From contig NW_019091361.1 of NCBI RefSeq assembly GCF_001949145.1, forward strand, positions 3,892,148 through 3,956,147: DNA of 64,000 bases. The letters are read 5' to 3'. Position numbers and translations under genes: made by a program. Under the pieces are notes generated by a model. It made no database searches and was not told where the DNA came from. It saw only the letters and a list, made by a program, of their open reading frames with translations. Numbering within the stretch: the stretch's first letter is position 1; each line of letters begins with the position of its first letter. The DNA comes from Acanthaster planci (Eukaryota). Below, one piece after another: positions 50,201-63,637 of the stretch.

Positions 50201-53200
50201 TACAAATTAATTTCCCTCTTTAGTGATATTGCAAACATTTTCGTCGCTGGAAAATCCTTAAAATTCTTCACAATCCGCTTTCACAGAAGTGAGGGGGATC
50301 ATACCCCCACCCACCCCGGGATTTACGCTCTTGCACCCAAAGACCGTACTGCCTCTCATAAGACCGGCCATAGAGCCACCCGTGAGTTACTGCACTCAGT
50401 GTACCGGTAACGTATTAAGAGCTTCTTGGTGCCATGCTAATATCAAGAACTTGCTGACCCTTCCTGTAATGTCGGTTACCTTTAACTTAAAGTCAGGGTG
50501 TTATAGAGAAATGTTTAATACCCTTAGGGATGATACCTTTGGGAGACGCTAGGGTGTGAGGGAGACATTCTGATGTCTCCCTAAATGCCTCAGTCCTTGC
50601 ATGTGGAAGTAGATGATTTTTGCGTTTCTTTAGAAAAGGCAGTGTATGTCTCATGTACAAAACCTGTGTCAGCAGGTTTTACCGTTTAGGTGTTCTAGGT
50701 AATTGCCATCTTTGTGCACGAGTCTATTATGTAAATGTCTGTCCAAAAACATTTATCATTTGGGGGTACACGACTGTGATGGACGCAAGTCCACGTCGTG
50801 TTAAAACGCTTCGACGCAATAGCCGTACTGTTCGAGTACAAATGTCCATCTGTCGAAACTTCGTTTCCGGCTAGGTCTGTGCTTTTTAATCATTTTATGG
50901 CATGCGCGTCAGTCTAGCGTGACTCCACCAGCGAACTTAATGCAGAAATTGATACGAGTAGAGTTCACAATAATTTGTCTATAGAGGATCATTCAGTAAG
51001 AGTTGAGGAAATATACCCTCCTCGGATGTCACAATGCCATGAAAATGAACCCAGCTTACATTCTTGGGTTGTAGCATTCTAACTGTCATGACATCTGTTC
51101 TAAAATAACACCTCGCGAACCGAGCAGCGGCACCACGGTTATTTCAACAGTGACATAAGAGCTTGACCAATATTCGGAAAATTGGCATGCATCATGCATG
51201 CTGATGAATGTAAACGCCTGCAAACCAGGAGGTTCGAACGACAGAAACCGACTAAAATAATTGGCCTAATATAAAATTGACCCATAATTTATTTAGCGCG
51301 TAGAACCCACAAAGGCAGTTGTTGTGAAGAGATTAAAATCTGCAAATATTAAATAAACATTTTAAAGTAGCATTAAAAGTAAAAAAAATGCCTTTGACTT
51401 CATCGTCAGATATAAAAGCGATAAGACAATACAGAAAACTGCAATGCAAAAAGCAAGTCGAACTTAGAAGGGACTGGGGTTGCATATGTAGAGAGAGTAA
51501 CGCCAACTGTAGACTTCGGAACCAAAATGGCTGTTCATTATGTGTGCAGCAGGACATGCAGTATGCAGTTTTACGCTAATGGTGCAGGTGCGCTGACGCA
51601 CATAATCCACCATTTGGGTTCCAACAGACTAGACACTTATGTCGCAACTCTCTCTAAAAACAGCCCTAGTAGGGACTCTGGTAAGAAATCTGAACTCTTT
51701 ATAAAGAGTTACTCAAACAGTCTCGATATAATTCCGTACCAGGAATAAGAATGAAATTTACTCACTGTATGAGGGCGGATGGGGGGGGGCAGGGGGCCAT
51801 GCCCTCCCCCCCCCCAAAAAAAATCCCGAGAGCCATTTTGTTCAGGAAATTGTTTCTGAGCAAGTGCTTAATTGTGACTGGTGCAATCAGTCAATGTAAC
51901 AGTCCACCGGGAACGCTGCTTACTTATTTTGCCCCCCCCCGAAAATGGGTCTGAATCCGGCCTTGTATGTGTAGGCCCTACAGCTGAGTTGCGGATACCC
52001 TCACGCATGCAAGGTGTTATAAGCCTGTACTTCATGTATTTGTATCTTCTCCCGCTATTTCAGAACAGAACTGGGAAAACACACAAAGAGGAGGAAATAA
52101 ACTTGGTTACACCTGTGACAAAACTCGAGTGAACTCAGCAAATAACATATTGTCGGCGATGGCAGATCGTAATTGTTCGTCACCGTTTTCGGAGTATTAC
52201 ACCGATTTAGGCCTATAGCTGTCTCACCCTCAAGCAGTGAAAAATTAATGAAATCCACACAATGCTATATTTCGCCGGAAGGTAACGAGTCTGACACGTC
52301 GTGTCAGTCACGCGTTAATGTATACGCAAAAATTAAATTTGCATTATGGTTGTATGCCATACGTGGATACTGCAGTTTTGGATCTGAGCAAAATGTGACT
52401 CTACTGACAAGACAAACGAACGACGCCTGCCTTCAAATGGAAACGATGATCTTTTCTCCAACCTCTCCTTCCTCGGCTTTATCTCCGTTTTAATGTCCTG
52501 TGTTTGGATAAACCCCAAGCGAAGGACGGAACGGAGTGAAATTCGCCTGTTGCCATGACAATTCCTCAGAATTGACTCAGCTCTGCTCCGTTGTTGATTT
52601 TTGTCAGTGTGCCCCTGAGCGGATGCTTTTCTCCCCCCAAAAGAGCCATGCCCCTCCCTGACGACGCCAATGTCACCCTGCAAATTTCTGCATGTTATAT
52701 AGGACTATTTCTCGCCTTTTCATTAAAAACTCAGTTCAGTCACTAATTCATATGCTGTCTGGCGTGCATTCATTGTGCGGGGAAAAAATTACGAAAGTTG
52801 ATCTTACCACGTGACCACACCATCGCTGACCACGAAAACGAGGGCGAGGATTGACATGATATAGCAGCAAGAATCACGTGTCAGAGGCCAGCAGGTCAGA
52901 TAGATGGTCTGCAGAATAGGGGAATAAAGAAAGAAAAGTTCTCCGTCATTCATGCAAAGTCTCGTTCAAGACGAGAGAACGCCGCACAAACTCGAGTGTT
53001 TTAAAGAGAAGCTATAGGTATATGGGCCAAACCCTTGTTTACCCTGAATCTCACATACAGGAAGAACATTTGGATATTACGAAAGCCTGTGATGGTCACT
53101 GCCTAAATGGCTCCTTTGAAGCGTTTGTCTCCTTTGTTTTGAAAATATGGCAATGTATTTTTGTCACATTTTTAGCTGTCAACAAGTGATGGGAGTCCGA

Positions 53201-56200
53201 GTAGACCTGGGGCTGTTCAAATGCATGTAAAATTATTCCAGTATAGTTACTGTTGCTTGACAAGTTAATTGCAAATGATAAAATTTCGATAGTGTTCATT
53301 AATGGCCATTTCTTCTGTATGGATGGCGATAATTAAAATGCAGTTTCAACGATTATTTTTAAATGAATTCTCACTCGAAAACGATGTATGTTTTTAGCCT
53401 ACCCCGGTCTTAATTTAAACCAAAGCTTCGCATACCGTGGACAAAGTAAGATTTTAAGTGAACTCAAACACATTTTATAAGATCGACTCCATGAACGGAT
53501 GTCGTGAGAGTTTTAAAACTGACATTCGCCTTCGTGGAGCCTGGTGACTTTATAACACGAAACATAACCTTTTGAACTTTTCGATCGTTCAGAAATATCT
53601 CCCTNCCCCGAGCCTCTCTCGACTTCGAGTAACAGTGACGCCACGCTTTGTTGATTTAAAGACCGCGACTCGCCATCGCAATTCCACTATTCAAACTCAA
53701 CATACGATCGGATTTTCATTTAGAAATTATGAAAAGCAGTGAAAACGTGCACTACATACATAGACAGTGTTCATTTTGTCTTGTTCATTGTTCCACGCTT
53801 TGGACAAAATTTCTTGTCGCTAAGCAAAAGTAACAGTCATATGCACATACGAGCAACTGTCAAAGGGGAACCATTCACAACTATATGTAATACATGTTTG
53901 TCTGGTAACCTGGGTACAGTACTGTGTTTGTTTCTTACAGGGTGCAGTCCACTAATTCAAGCAATAATTTCCGCCAGGCTCATTAGCATTAAAAGTGCCC
54001 CCACAGTATCTTTCGAAAAAGGGGATTGTTTGGCCCCCAAAATGGTGAGATTGTGTAAATCTTTGCCAGGATCGAGTCCCTAGTTCTTTGGGCTTCCATC
54101 TGAGGGCGAAAGAGATAAAAAATACGGTTGAAAAATGTTCCCAAAGGACCGAGAAAGTAGAGGGTTGCCATTTGAAAAATGGCTGCGTGCTGATTTAGGA
54201 ACATCGACTTTTGAAGGGGTTGGTTTTGTTTTGGGTGAATAATTAAAAATGAAATTGGTTAACCCCCCGAAAATTGAAAAGAAACTGAAAGATTAATGAC
54301 CAAATAAATTTTTGTGTGAGACACCTCAGGGATGTTGGCTTGCATGTTATTGAGCTCTGAAGAATGGTGATTTTACACTGTTTTCAAAGGGGCTTGAATT
54401 AGTGGACTGTACCCTATAGTCAAAGGCCGATTTTGGGCGGCTTGTTGTCGTTTGATCACGAACAGCTTGATTTGTCGTTCTTGGGTCGGCCGCTCGAACG
54501 CCGGGAACGTACAATTGGTCATTGCTGGTAGTTAGTGACAAGCAACATGGCGGCGTCCATGTTGTAGTAAACTATTCGAGAGTTAATGCTTGGAAAACTG
54601 GGCTGAATTCTTTTTCTATTTNCCCCCGGGCCTCTCTCGACTTCGAGTAACAGTGACGCCACGCTTTGTTGATTTAAAGACCGTGACTCGCCATCGCAAT
54701 TCCACTATTCAAACTCAACATACGATCGGATTTTCATTTAGAAATTATGAAAAGCAGTGAAAACGTGCACTACATACATAGACAGTGTTCATTTTGTCTT
54801 GTTCATTGTTCCACGCTTTAGACAAAATTTCTTGTCGCTAAGCAAAAGTAACAGTCATATGCACATACGAGCAACTGTCAAAGGGGAACCATTCAAAACT
54901 ATATGTAATACATGTTTGTCTGGTAACCTGGGTACAGTACTGTGTTCGTTTCTTACAGTCAAAGGCCGACTTCGGGCGGCTTGTTGTCGTATGTTCACGA
55001 ATAGCTTGATTTGTCGTTCTTGAGTCGGCCGCTCGAACGCCGGGAACGTACAATTGGTCATCGCTGGTAGTTAGTGACAAGCAACATGGCGGCGTCCATG
55101 TTGTAGTAAACTGTTCGAGAGTTAATGCTTGGACAACTGGCCTGAATTCTTTTCTATTTAAACAGGAACATTCACTTCTGTGTTGTGAAAAATAATTAAT
55201 GTTAATTTTGCAAAACTTCCTATTGTCTCCGACTTTGTATGCCATCTCTCTATTTTTTGGTGCTGTGCAAAAAACAAAATCTCACGAGTTTTTCCGTGTG
55301 TTCCTGTAAAACCCTGACGAGGAGGTGGTGCGTGATGCTGTTCCGAGAACAGTGTTCTTGAGTCGTGTTCCCGCCGTTAGAGCGCGAGAACAAGAAACCC
55401 GTGTCAAGAACACGGCGCCCGAACTCGACCAAAAGGCCACATTGTCTCGTGCAAGTGTCTCGACTTGATTCCCATTAATTAGACCGTGGGCCAGAAATCG
55501 TAGCTCGCAGTTTCGTTGGGAGTTTCGAGTTACAACCTACTTTTTGCTCTAATAAACACCTTACATACTATGAATCAATATGTTGTCTGTTGCCATCCGG
55601 ATATTTTGCTCTATAATGTGAAAAATAAGGGTATAAAAATGCGAAATTGCTCGTGTTTTGTTCGTCTTTTTCAATATGTCGATAGAGGGCGCTGTCTCAA
55701 CCTCGATCCTTTATCAATTTGAGCTCATGAAATACCACCGTTGCACTTGGGGACGAGTGCTACTCGAAGTGAACGTGGCGCCGTTCGCGAGCAAACAGGC
55801 GTTTATAATGATTATTATTATTATTTATTCATGCCAGAAATAAAAACCTACCCCAGCGAGAAGGGCATAGGGGAGATAAAAGCAAGGATACTCACTATGG
55901 TCACAGGGACCTGTCACCCGTCTCCGCGTGTTTACGCAGAATCAGGAGAAATTTCACAATTTATAGAGATAAGTTGGTGAAAATATGTGACATGTTGCGA
56001 GCAGTTGAAAAAGTTTGATGGATAGGAAAGAGGTGTTGCTCTGGAAAACGTAGAAATAGCGAGAAACGAGCAATCTGAGCTAAGCTTCTTGGCCTTCCAA
56101 ACATGCCAAAGTTCCATGCCAAGCATATCGCATGTGTTTGTCAGTCATGACAGTTTTAAATTGTGCTTCTCCTTCGTGTCCTTGGGATCGAGGTTTGTCT

Positions 56201-59200
56201 CTGTCAGTTAAAATACTAATCATAGTGCTGGTTCTGATTTAGGAAACAGATGCAAATTCAGGACAATATAAATTATTTCCATAATATTTATTTCTACAGA
56301 AACGGTCAGTTGAATTCTTTTAGGAGGACGGGATTCCACAGCATTTCCGTGCAAATAAAGTCATGACACTTGATATTTGATTTTTTTCTAGTTCCAGATC
56401 TTTCCTAATTCTGGGTCGTTTGAATTTAAAACCTACCGTCTTTTTGTGCTGTTCTTCAGTTTGCATTCTAAGACAAGTTGTATTTGAAAGGTAAAATTTA
56501 TTTGTCCTCCAACTTTCCGGACTAGGCCAGATTTGTAGTTCACACTTCGACATTTGAGTTTGTTGCAATCACTGGAGCCAAAAAAAATCGGCAACAATTT
56601 GCAGGGCGATAGGTCACTTCACCAAATACTTTTTCGTATGTACACCTTTACAACTAATCAAATGAATTAGAATTTCTGTCTTCAAAATCGGCTGAAAATT
56701 GAACAATTTTTTTTTCTAAATTTGGGTTGCACGTTAAGTGCACGCAAATACAGGTACAATACAAACCCAACGACACTGACCTATACAGCAGAAATGTGAT
56801 GTAATGGGTTTGTCAGTGCGCGGCGTGGGGATGGTATTGTTGACAGCTTGCTGTACAGCTGATAAAGTTGAGTGACGGTTTACTCATGTTCTACTTTTTA
56901 ATTTGTTGTAATTAGCTGTGAAATTTTGATTTATGAACTATTTTTCTCCCAGAAATTCTCCATTAGAAAATCAGCTTGTTGCCATGGCTGAAATGTGGAG
57001 TTTCGTGCGGTTACTTTTTATTGGTGAAGAACTTTTTGTGGCAATCCAGACCTGGTTTAACGGAGCAAGAAGCATGAAAAGTGTCCCCGTCACTTTCATC
57101 ATGATTCCTGTAAGTTAAAATTAAAGCTCAGTATCGGCAAATAGTTTTGCAGTATCTCTAGCACACACTGACCACATTTCACTGCAATTTGAGCATTTTT
57201 TTGTAAATGCAATCTGACTGAATAATTTTTGCGATCTGAAATTAGGAAAAAGAGTGTACATGTTCTTCACTTTAAATTTCCTTAAATAAATTTATGAATA
57301 TATTAATCATTCATGGTTTAATTTTTTTATGAGGCCTATGCTTATTGAAGCGTGGAGGATTTTGGAGAATTGAGAATAGTGTTTTAAAGGCTGAGGATTT
57401 TGGAGGATTCAGGATGAATGCAGTTTTTGAAGTTGGGCAATCAAATATATTAGAGGATTGAGGATGTGCCGCGGTAAAAAATCCCTAGTGGGTTAGGGTT
57501 AAGTTCATCAGGTCCCAGTTTCATAAAAGTATACGGGCACTACGCCTTCCACACAATCTAGGCTGTCTGGGTTCTTTCTCAGTTCAAGTCCTCTGTTTCC
57601 ACTTAAACTGGATTCAATGCATGAAGTCAAGTGAAGGATTTACAAATTTGATTTATTAATTTCACTACCGGATATAAAGTGTCTACTTCTGAGTTTAAAA
57701 TCTATAAAAGTATCAGTGTACATCTACCGAATTGTACATGTACATTTCATTTCAACAAGTACATGTACACATGTACATGTGTTTCAATGACATAAGAAGT
57801 GTTGGTAACTGTGCAGTGAAACCAGTAACAAAGTTTTCTTAGTCGCGTGAAGTTTAATCAAGCATTAGTTATCGCAAAGGAGCTGGATCACAAACCATAC
57901 GAGATTGCCTATTAACACGTCCAACAACTTGACTTGCTTTGAAAACAGATACATGCAATTATGTCAATTTGTCTTCATATTTATTTATAAAACGAAAAAA
58001 AGTGATTTAAATTAAAAAAAAAACAGATTGTAATTGGTTTTTAATCAAAAACCGCCAACCCTGAAGCCGTCAGAGCAAAACATGATGTGAACCATTTAAC
58101 TAAAGTTGCCAAAGGCTCAGGGTCTGGCAGGATATATCAAAGTAGCTATGCTACGTGTTTACTGTTTTGTGTCATTAGGCGTCAATAGTCAACACACATA
58201 CATATCATCAACATTAAAGAATTAAAACTTAAAAATCCCCTCCAAAGATTCAATGAAAGTGATTAATCATATTTAGGAGACTCCAGCTTTCCTCCATTGT
58301 TTAATAGAAAGGTTTTTCGCAATTTATGTATATGGGGCCTCGATTTTTCTTTGCCGTCTACATGAAAACAAGATGGTGGCCAGTCGGGTTACACAAGCAA
58401 GCCTGAGCCCCCCCCCCGGCGAAAATTATTAAATAGTAATATTTCTTCTGTGAAATGTTATAAATCGAACATGCGCCAAATTTAAAAGCATTTAATGAAC
58501 AAAATGGGAAAGCTGTGCCCAACATACTGGTTTGACCAAAAATGAGCAAAAATGGGATTAGCGCCCTCTTGTGGGGACCTTGGAAGCAGTCTGACGAGGT
58601 GGCAACAGGTAGATTTGAATTCAGCACCCTCATATTGGCCTAGAACACATGATTCCATGTTGCCACTCGAAAGTGAGAACGGAACTCCAGTTCCAGTGAA
58701 GCTACGATTTCTGGCCCGCGGTCTATAATAACAAGGTCAAGCTATCGGTAGTTCAAATCGATCAACTCGAAGGTCCTCCAAATCTGAAAATATTTTACTC
58801 ATCCTTGGAGATCAGGGATTACTTGCAGACACTTACTCTATGAAAACATAATTATCAAAGGTTGCACTTTTTGGCAGTTTTTAAAACTCAGCTCTCAAAC
58901 CACATTGAGACTACAGTGTGTCATGAAATCGTCGGGGTTAGGGTAAAACCCAATATAACATTGGCATATTTTTTTCAATGCATGGAACCCATGTTAACGC
59001 AATGCAAACGAGCAAAAAAGCCACGGGCGCGATTTCTCATCGTAACATATAAAACCGACCACGTTATGACAACTGTGGTTCCTTAGTTCATCCTANNNNN
59101 NNNNNNNNNNNNNNNNNNNNNNNNNNNNNNNNNNNNNNNNNNNNNNNNNNNNNNNNNNNNNNNNNNNNNNNNNNNNNNNNNNNNNNNNNNNNNNNNNNNN

Positions 59201-62200
59201 NNNNNNNNNNNNNNNNNNNNNNNNNNNNNNNNNNNNNNNNNNNNNNNNNNNNNNNNNNNNNNNNNNNNNNNNNNNNNNNNNNNNNNNNNNNNNNNNNNNN
59301 NNNNNNNNNNNNNNNNNNNNNNNNNNNNNNNNNNNNNNNNNNNNNNNNNNNNNNNNNNNNNNNNNNNNNNNNNNNNNNNNNNNNNNNNNNNNNNNNNNNN
59401 NNNNNNNNNNNNNNNNNNNNNNNNNNNNNNNNNNNNNNNNNNNNNNNNNNNNNNNNNNNNNNNNNNNNNNNNNNNNNNNNNNNNNNNNNNNNNNNNNNNN
59501 NNNNNNNNNNNNNNNNNNNNNNNNNNNNNNNNNNNNNNNNNNNNNNNNNNNNNNNNNNNNNNNNNNNNNNNNNNNNNNNNNNNNNNNNNNNNNNNNNNNN
59601 NNNNNNNNNNNNNNNNNNNNNNNNNNNNNNNNNNNNNNNNNNNNNNNNNNNNNNNNNNNNNNNNNNNNNNNNNNNNNNNNNNNNNNNNNNNNNNNNNNNN
59701 NNNNNNNNNNNNNNNNNNNNNNNNNNNNNNNNNNNNNNNNNNNNNNNNNNNNNNNNNNNNNNNNNNNNNNNNNNNNNNNNNNNNNNNNNNNNNNNNNNNN
59801 NNNNNNNNNNNNNNNNNNNNNNNNNNNNNNNNNNNNNNNNNNNNNNNNNNNNNNNNNNNNNNNNNNNNNNNNNNNNNNNNNNNNNNNNNNNNNNNNNNNN
59901 NNNNNNNNNNNNNNNNNNNNNNNNNNNNNNNNNNNNNNNNNNNNNNNNNNNNNNNNNNNNNNNNNNNNNNNNNNNNNNNNNNNNNNNNNNNNNNNNNNNN
60001 NNNNNNNNNNNNNNNNNNNNNNNNNNNNNNNNNNNNNNNNNNNNNNNNNNNNNNNNNNNNNNNNNNNNNCCCTCTGGGATTTTATATTAAATACAAATTT
60101 GCTTATTCGTGAGCAAAAGTGTGATGAAATTGCACAAAAACCTGCAATATTACAGTTCTTTCGGCACCCACATATGATTATGGATAAATTTTCTGTTTGA
60201 AGTGTTCTCTCTTGGGGGGGGTGTTCGTGACTCGGTGTCAGTACATCGAGTTTTTAGTGAGCGAAGTTCGGGGTCTCAGTTTGAACAGAAAATCCCTAAA
60301 ATCATCAGAATCTTCTTGAGGTGATATATCTGCAACAGGTTTCGAAAACACCGTGGAACATTTTTGTTTCTTCCACCGAAGGGCACTTTCAATGGTGATT
60401 ACAAAAATGGTTTCCTGTAATTTAAGACGAGAAAGACTTACAAAATCTGTTTCAAAGGGAAAATTCATGTCAGCCCTTTGTAGGCTTTAAGGTGGACCTT
60501 CATTATGGAGTGAAGACGACTTCTGAACCCGGTTTCCTTTAATTTGATGGCTAGAATAACAAGGTAATATAATCATTGACGGTTCACACAAGAGGTGTTT
60601 TGAGGCTGGAAAAGGGGAACTCTGCAGCCGATGTTGCAACGTGCACTCTACACCAGGGTCAGACTGACCCGGATTCTGGGTCCCATGGGGCCTGACCCCT
60701 TCCCAGGCCAAATATGGCTCCCTTTTGGCCAATAGCCTATGTGACCCTTTCGGGGTCGAATATGTGTGTGTTTGAAACATAAGCAAATTGGTTAACAATC
60801 GTATGCACGTACGAGCAACTGTCAAAGGGGAACCATTCACAACTCCATGTACATGTATAATGCAACATTTGTGTCTGGTAACCTGCGTATGGTAAGCTTG
60901 TCACAGTCAAAAGGCCACGGTGTCTCATGCAGGTATCTCGACTTGATTCCCATTAATAACAAGAAGACCAAGTAGGTCAATTTGATCAACCCTAAAGTCC
61001 TCCGATTTTGACAATATTTTACTCATCCTTGGAGATCAGGGATTACTTAAAGACGCCTACTCTATAAAAACATTATTATCAATGGTTGCACTTTTTTGCA
61101 GTTTGTAAAACTCAGTTCTCAAACCACATTGAGACTACAGCGTGTAATGAAATCGTCGGCGTAAGGGTAAAACCCAATGTAACATTGGCATATTTTTTCA
61201 ATGCACGGAACCCATGTTAATGCAACGCGAACGAGCAAAAAAGCGACAGGCACGATTTTTCATCGTAACATATAAAACCGACCACGTTATGACAACTGTG
61301 GGTCCTTAGTTCATCCTCNNNNNNNNNNNNNNNNNNNNNNNNNNNNNNNNNNNNNNNNNNNNNNNNNNNNNNNNNNNNNNNNNNNNNNNNNNNNNNNNNN
61401 NNNNNNNNNNNNNNNNNNNNNNNNNNNNNNNNNNNNNNNNNNNNNNNNNNNNNNNNNNNNNNNNNNNNNNNNNNNNNNNNNNNNNNNNNNNNNNNNNNNN
61501 NNNNNNNNNNNNNNNNNNNNNNNNNNNNNNNNNNNNNNNNNNNNNNNNNNNNNNNNNNNNNNNNNNNNNNNNNNNNNNNNNNNNNNNNNNNNNNNNNNNN
61601 NNNNNNNNNNNNNNNNNNNNNNNNNNNNNNNNNNNNNNNNNNNNNNNNNNNNNNNNNNNNNNNNNNNNNNNNNNNNNNNNNNNNNNNNNNNNNNNNNNNN
61701 NNNNNNNNNNNNNNNNNNNNNNTTTCCTGTGTTACCCAAGAGTATAACATATGCCGTTGTGGACCATCTCCTTATTAAAACTTACAGTAAAACTGTTTTC
61801 TTATTTATTTTGTCCAATACATACTACTGGATAAGGAGACAGATGCAGATCATATGGCCAGATGGCCATATTGGCAATATAAGTAGGCGTTGCATTTCAA
61901 TGTTTCAGTTTCGTTTCAGAGACTTAGTGAACGTAATAAAGAATAGAAATACATGTATACAGAAACAAATAAACTTGTATATTCGCAACTGAATATCGCA
62001 CCTCCATCAGCTTTAAGTGCTTTCCGGAATTTTGCTGGGAAAAATCATAAATGAACTTGGAAAAGGTTTGTGGTTATTCTGCGTCCAAATTTCAAACCCA
62101 AATGGATAGCCCTGGCCCAAACAACGCTTGCTTCGACAGGTTGATGATTTACACCTGCATTTTTCCACACAGTGAGGTTTTTCAGTGTTTTACTGTTTAA

Positions 62201-63637
62201 TTAGGCAGAGAGTTTACATTGTAATACATATCTCCTTATAAATTTAACGTCGGGTCCGTGCTATATTATTTTTCATGCAGTTTTCTGAACACATGATCGT
62301 GTCCTACATTACGGCATTTTTCAAATTTAATGATTACCGTTTAAGCACATGGTTGTGCCCTCTGGGATTTTATACTAAATACAAATTTGCACAAAAAACT
62401 GCAATGTTACAGTTCTTTCGGAACCCACATATGATTATGGATAAATTTTCTGTTTGAAGTGTTCTCTCTTTTGGGGGGGGTCGTGACTCGGTGTCAGTAC
62501 ATCGAGTTTTTAATGACCGAAGTTCGGGGTCTCAGTTTGAACAGAAAATCCCTAAAATCATCAGAATCTTCCTGAGGCGATAAAGCAACGGGTTTTGGAA
62601 AAACGGTGGAAAATTTTTAAATCTTTAACAGAAGGGCACTTTTAATGGTGATTAGCTGGAAAGGGGTTACAAAGTAGTTTCCCTATAATTTTAGAGGGGA
62701 AAATCTGTTTCAAAGGGAAAATTCATGTCAGCCCTTTGTAGGCAGCTGGAAAGGGGTTACAAAGTAGTTTCCCTATAATTTTAGAGGGGAAAATCTGTTT
62801 CAAAGGGAAAATTCATGTCAGCCCTTTGTAGGCTTTTATTTGAACCTTGACTATGGAGCTAAAGACGAATTCTGAACGGGATTACCTTTTATGGCCAGAA
62901 TAACAGGGTAATATATTCCTGACGGTTCACACAAGAGGTGTTTTGAGGCTCGGAAAGGGGAACTCAGCAGCCGATGTTGCAATGTGTGCTTGAAAAATGG
63001 CACAACATATGCATGGCCCGGATGTTACTGCGGCTTTAATAGGATTTCAAGTTCCGTTTTCAGTTCAAAGTCCACAATCTAAGGCCACATGCTTGTCACG
63101 GACCGTACCGGGATGGCTATAATTTCTCTCACCCATATCTCGCCAACCGTTCAAAAATGAATAATTCCATTCCAATTAACGGCGTGTATGTACTGATGGG
63201 TTTGTCCTTCACAGAAAGGTAATGAAACGCCTACTCGAGCCGGAAAAATCGAAGGGGTGCATCACGGAGCAAAATGCAACGCTTTCTATTTTATCGCCCC
63301 AATTAACTTCGCAAATTTCAGGCCAATTTTCAAATTAATACATCCAACCTCAGTAGCGGGCTGGTTAAATTTCAAACTTGGATAAAATTTAATTGTGGTT
63401 CAACCCTCACTCAAAGCGAGCAGTGCATTTTGTACAGGATGAAAACATATTTCTGTAAAACAGTCTAAATAGCAGAGAATTTTTGAAATATAAAAAATAT
63501 AAAAAAATCGGTCATAATTTTTGTGGCACCTACCTTACCGGCCAGTAGTCCACACAAACCAATGACAAAGAGCACATTGAACACGGCTGAACCCAAGATT
63601 GTTCCAATCCCAATGTCTCCTTTACTTATAAATACAC
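46888..63637 (-). CDS. SLC24A: Sodium/potassium/calcium exchanger (SLC24/NCKX family), 3' six exons; 5' part outside window
   Basis: Exons 63637-63534, 52908-52808, 49473-49193, 48835-48581, 48111-48010, 47216-46888, phases consistent. Alpha-1 motif [69 protein letters not shown]. Paralog not assignable by eye. Confidence 0.92.
48010..48111 (-). CDS. NCKX exon (alpha-2 repeat)
   Basis: [34 protein letters not shown]. Confidence 0.92.
48581..48835 (-). CDS. NCKX exon
   Basis: ...SPFEVP...[24 protein letters not shown]...[11 protein letters not shown]; the 5' boundary is less certain. Confidence 0.8.
49193..49473 (-). CDS. NCKX exon (TM5 + acidic cytoplasmic loop)
   Basis: [20 protein letters not shown]...[13 protein letters not shown]...RVDK. 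Confidence 0.85.
52808..52908 (-). CDS. NCKX exon
   Basis: [34 protein letters not shown]; tgcag/gtaaga. Confidence 0.9.
53606..55159. repeat. Direct duplication 53606-54621 / 54623-55159, each copy preceded by a single N
   Basis: Near-identical copies except a ~480-bp insertion in the first. Confidence 0.9.
53938..54416. mobile_element. MITE (AGGGTGCAGTCCACTAATTCAAGC TIR), Tc1/mariner-like
   Basis: ~24-bp TIRs, TA flanks, absent from the duplicate at ~54955. Confidence 0.8.
54964..55430. mobile_element. MITE with GG(C/T)CGA(C/G)TTCGGGCG termini in an A-run (PIF/Harbinger-like, tentative)
   Basis: Imperfect TIRs; flanked by AAA; absent from the paralogous site CAGTCAAAAGGCCAC at ~60904-60918. 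Confidence 0.65.
55480..58725. mobile_element. 3.2-kb non-autonomous DNA transposon, Academ-like
   Basis: 26-bp TIR TAGACCG(T/C)GGGCCAGAAATCGTAGCT; TAAT duplicated on both sides; empty site TTCCCAT-TAAT-AACAAG at ~60947-60963; no long ORF. Confidence 0.8.
58726..62985. repeat. Diverged tandem duplication (~2.3-kb period) in NCKX intron
   Basis: 58726-59095 resembles 60958-61318; 60070-60640 resembles 62359-62985; 54850-54960 resembles 60803-60912. Confidence 0.8.
62654..62833. repeat. Perfect 90-bp tandem duplication
   Basis: AGCTGGAAAGGGGTTAC...CCCTTTGTAGGC twice (starts 62654 and 62744). Confidence 0.9.
63534..63637 (-). CDS. NCKX exon (alpha-1 repeat)
   Basis: [35 protein letters not shown]; cacag/gtaggt. 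Confidence 0.9.
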
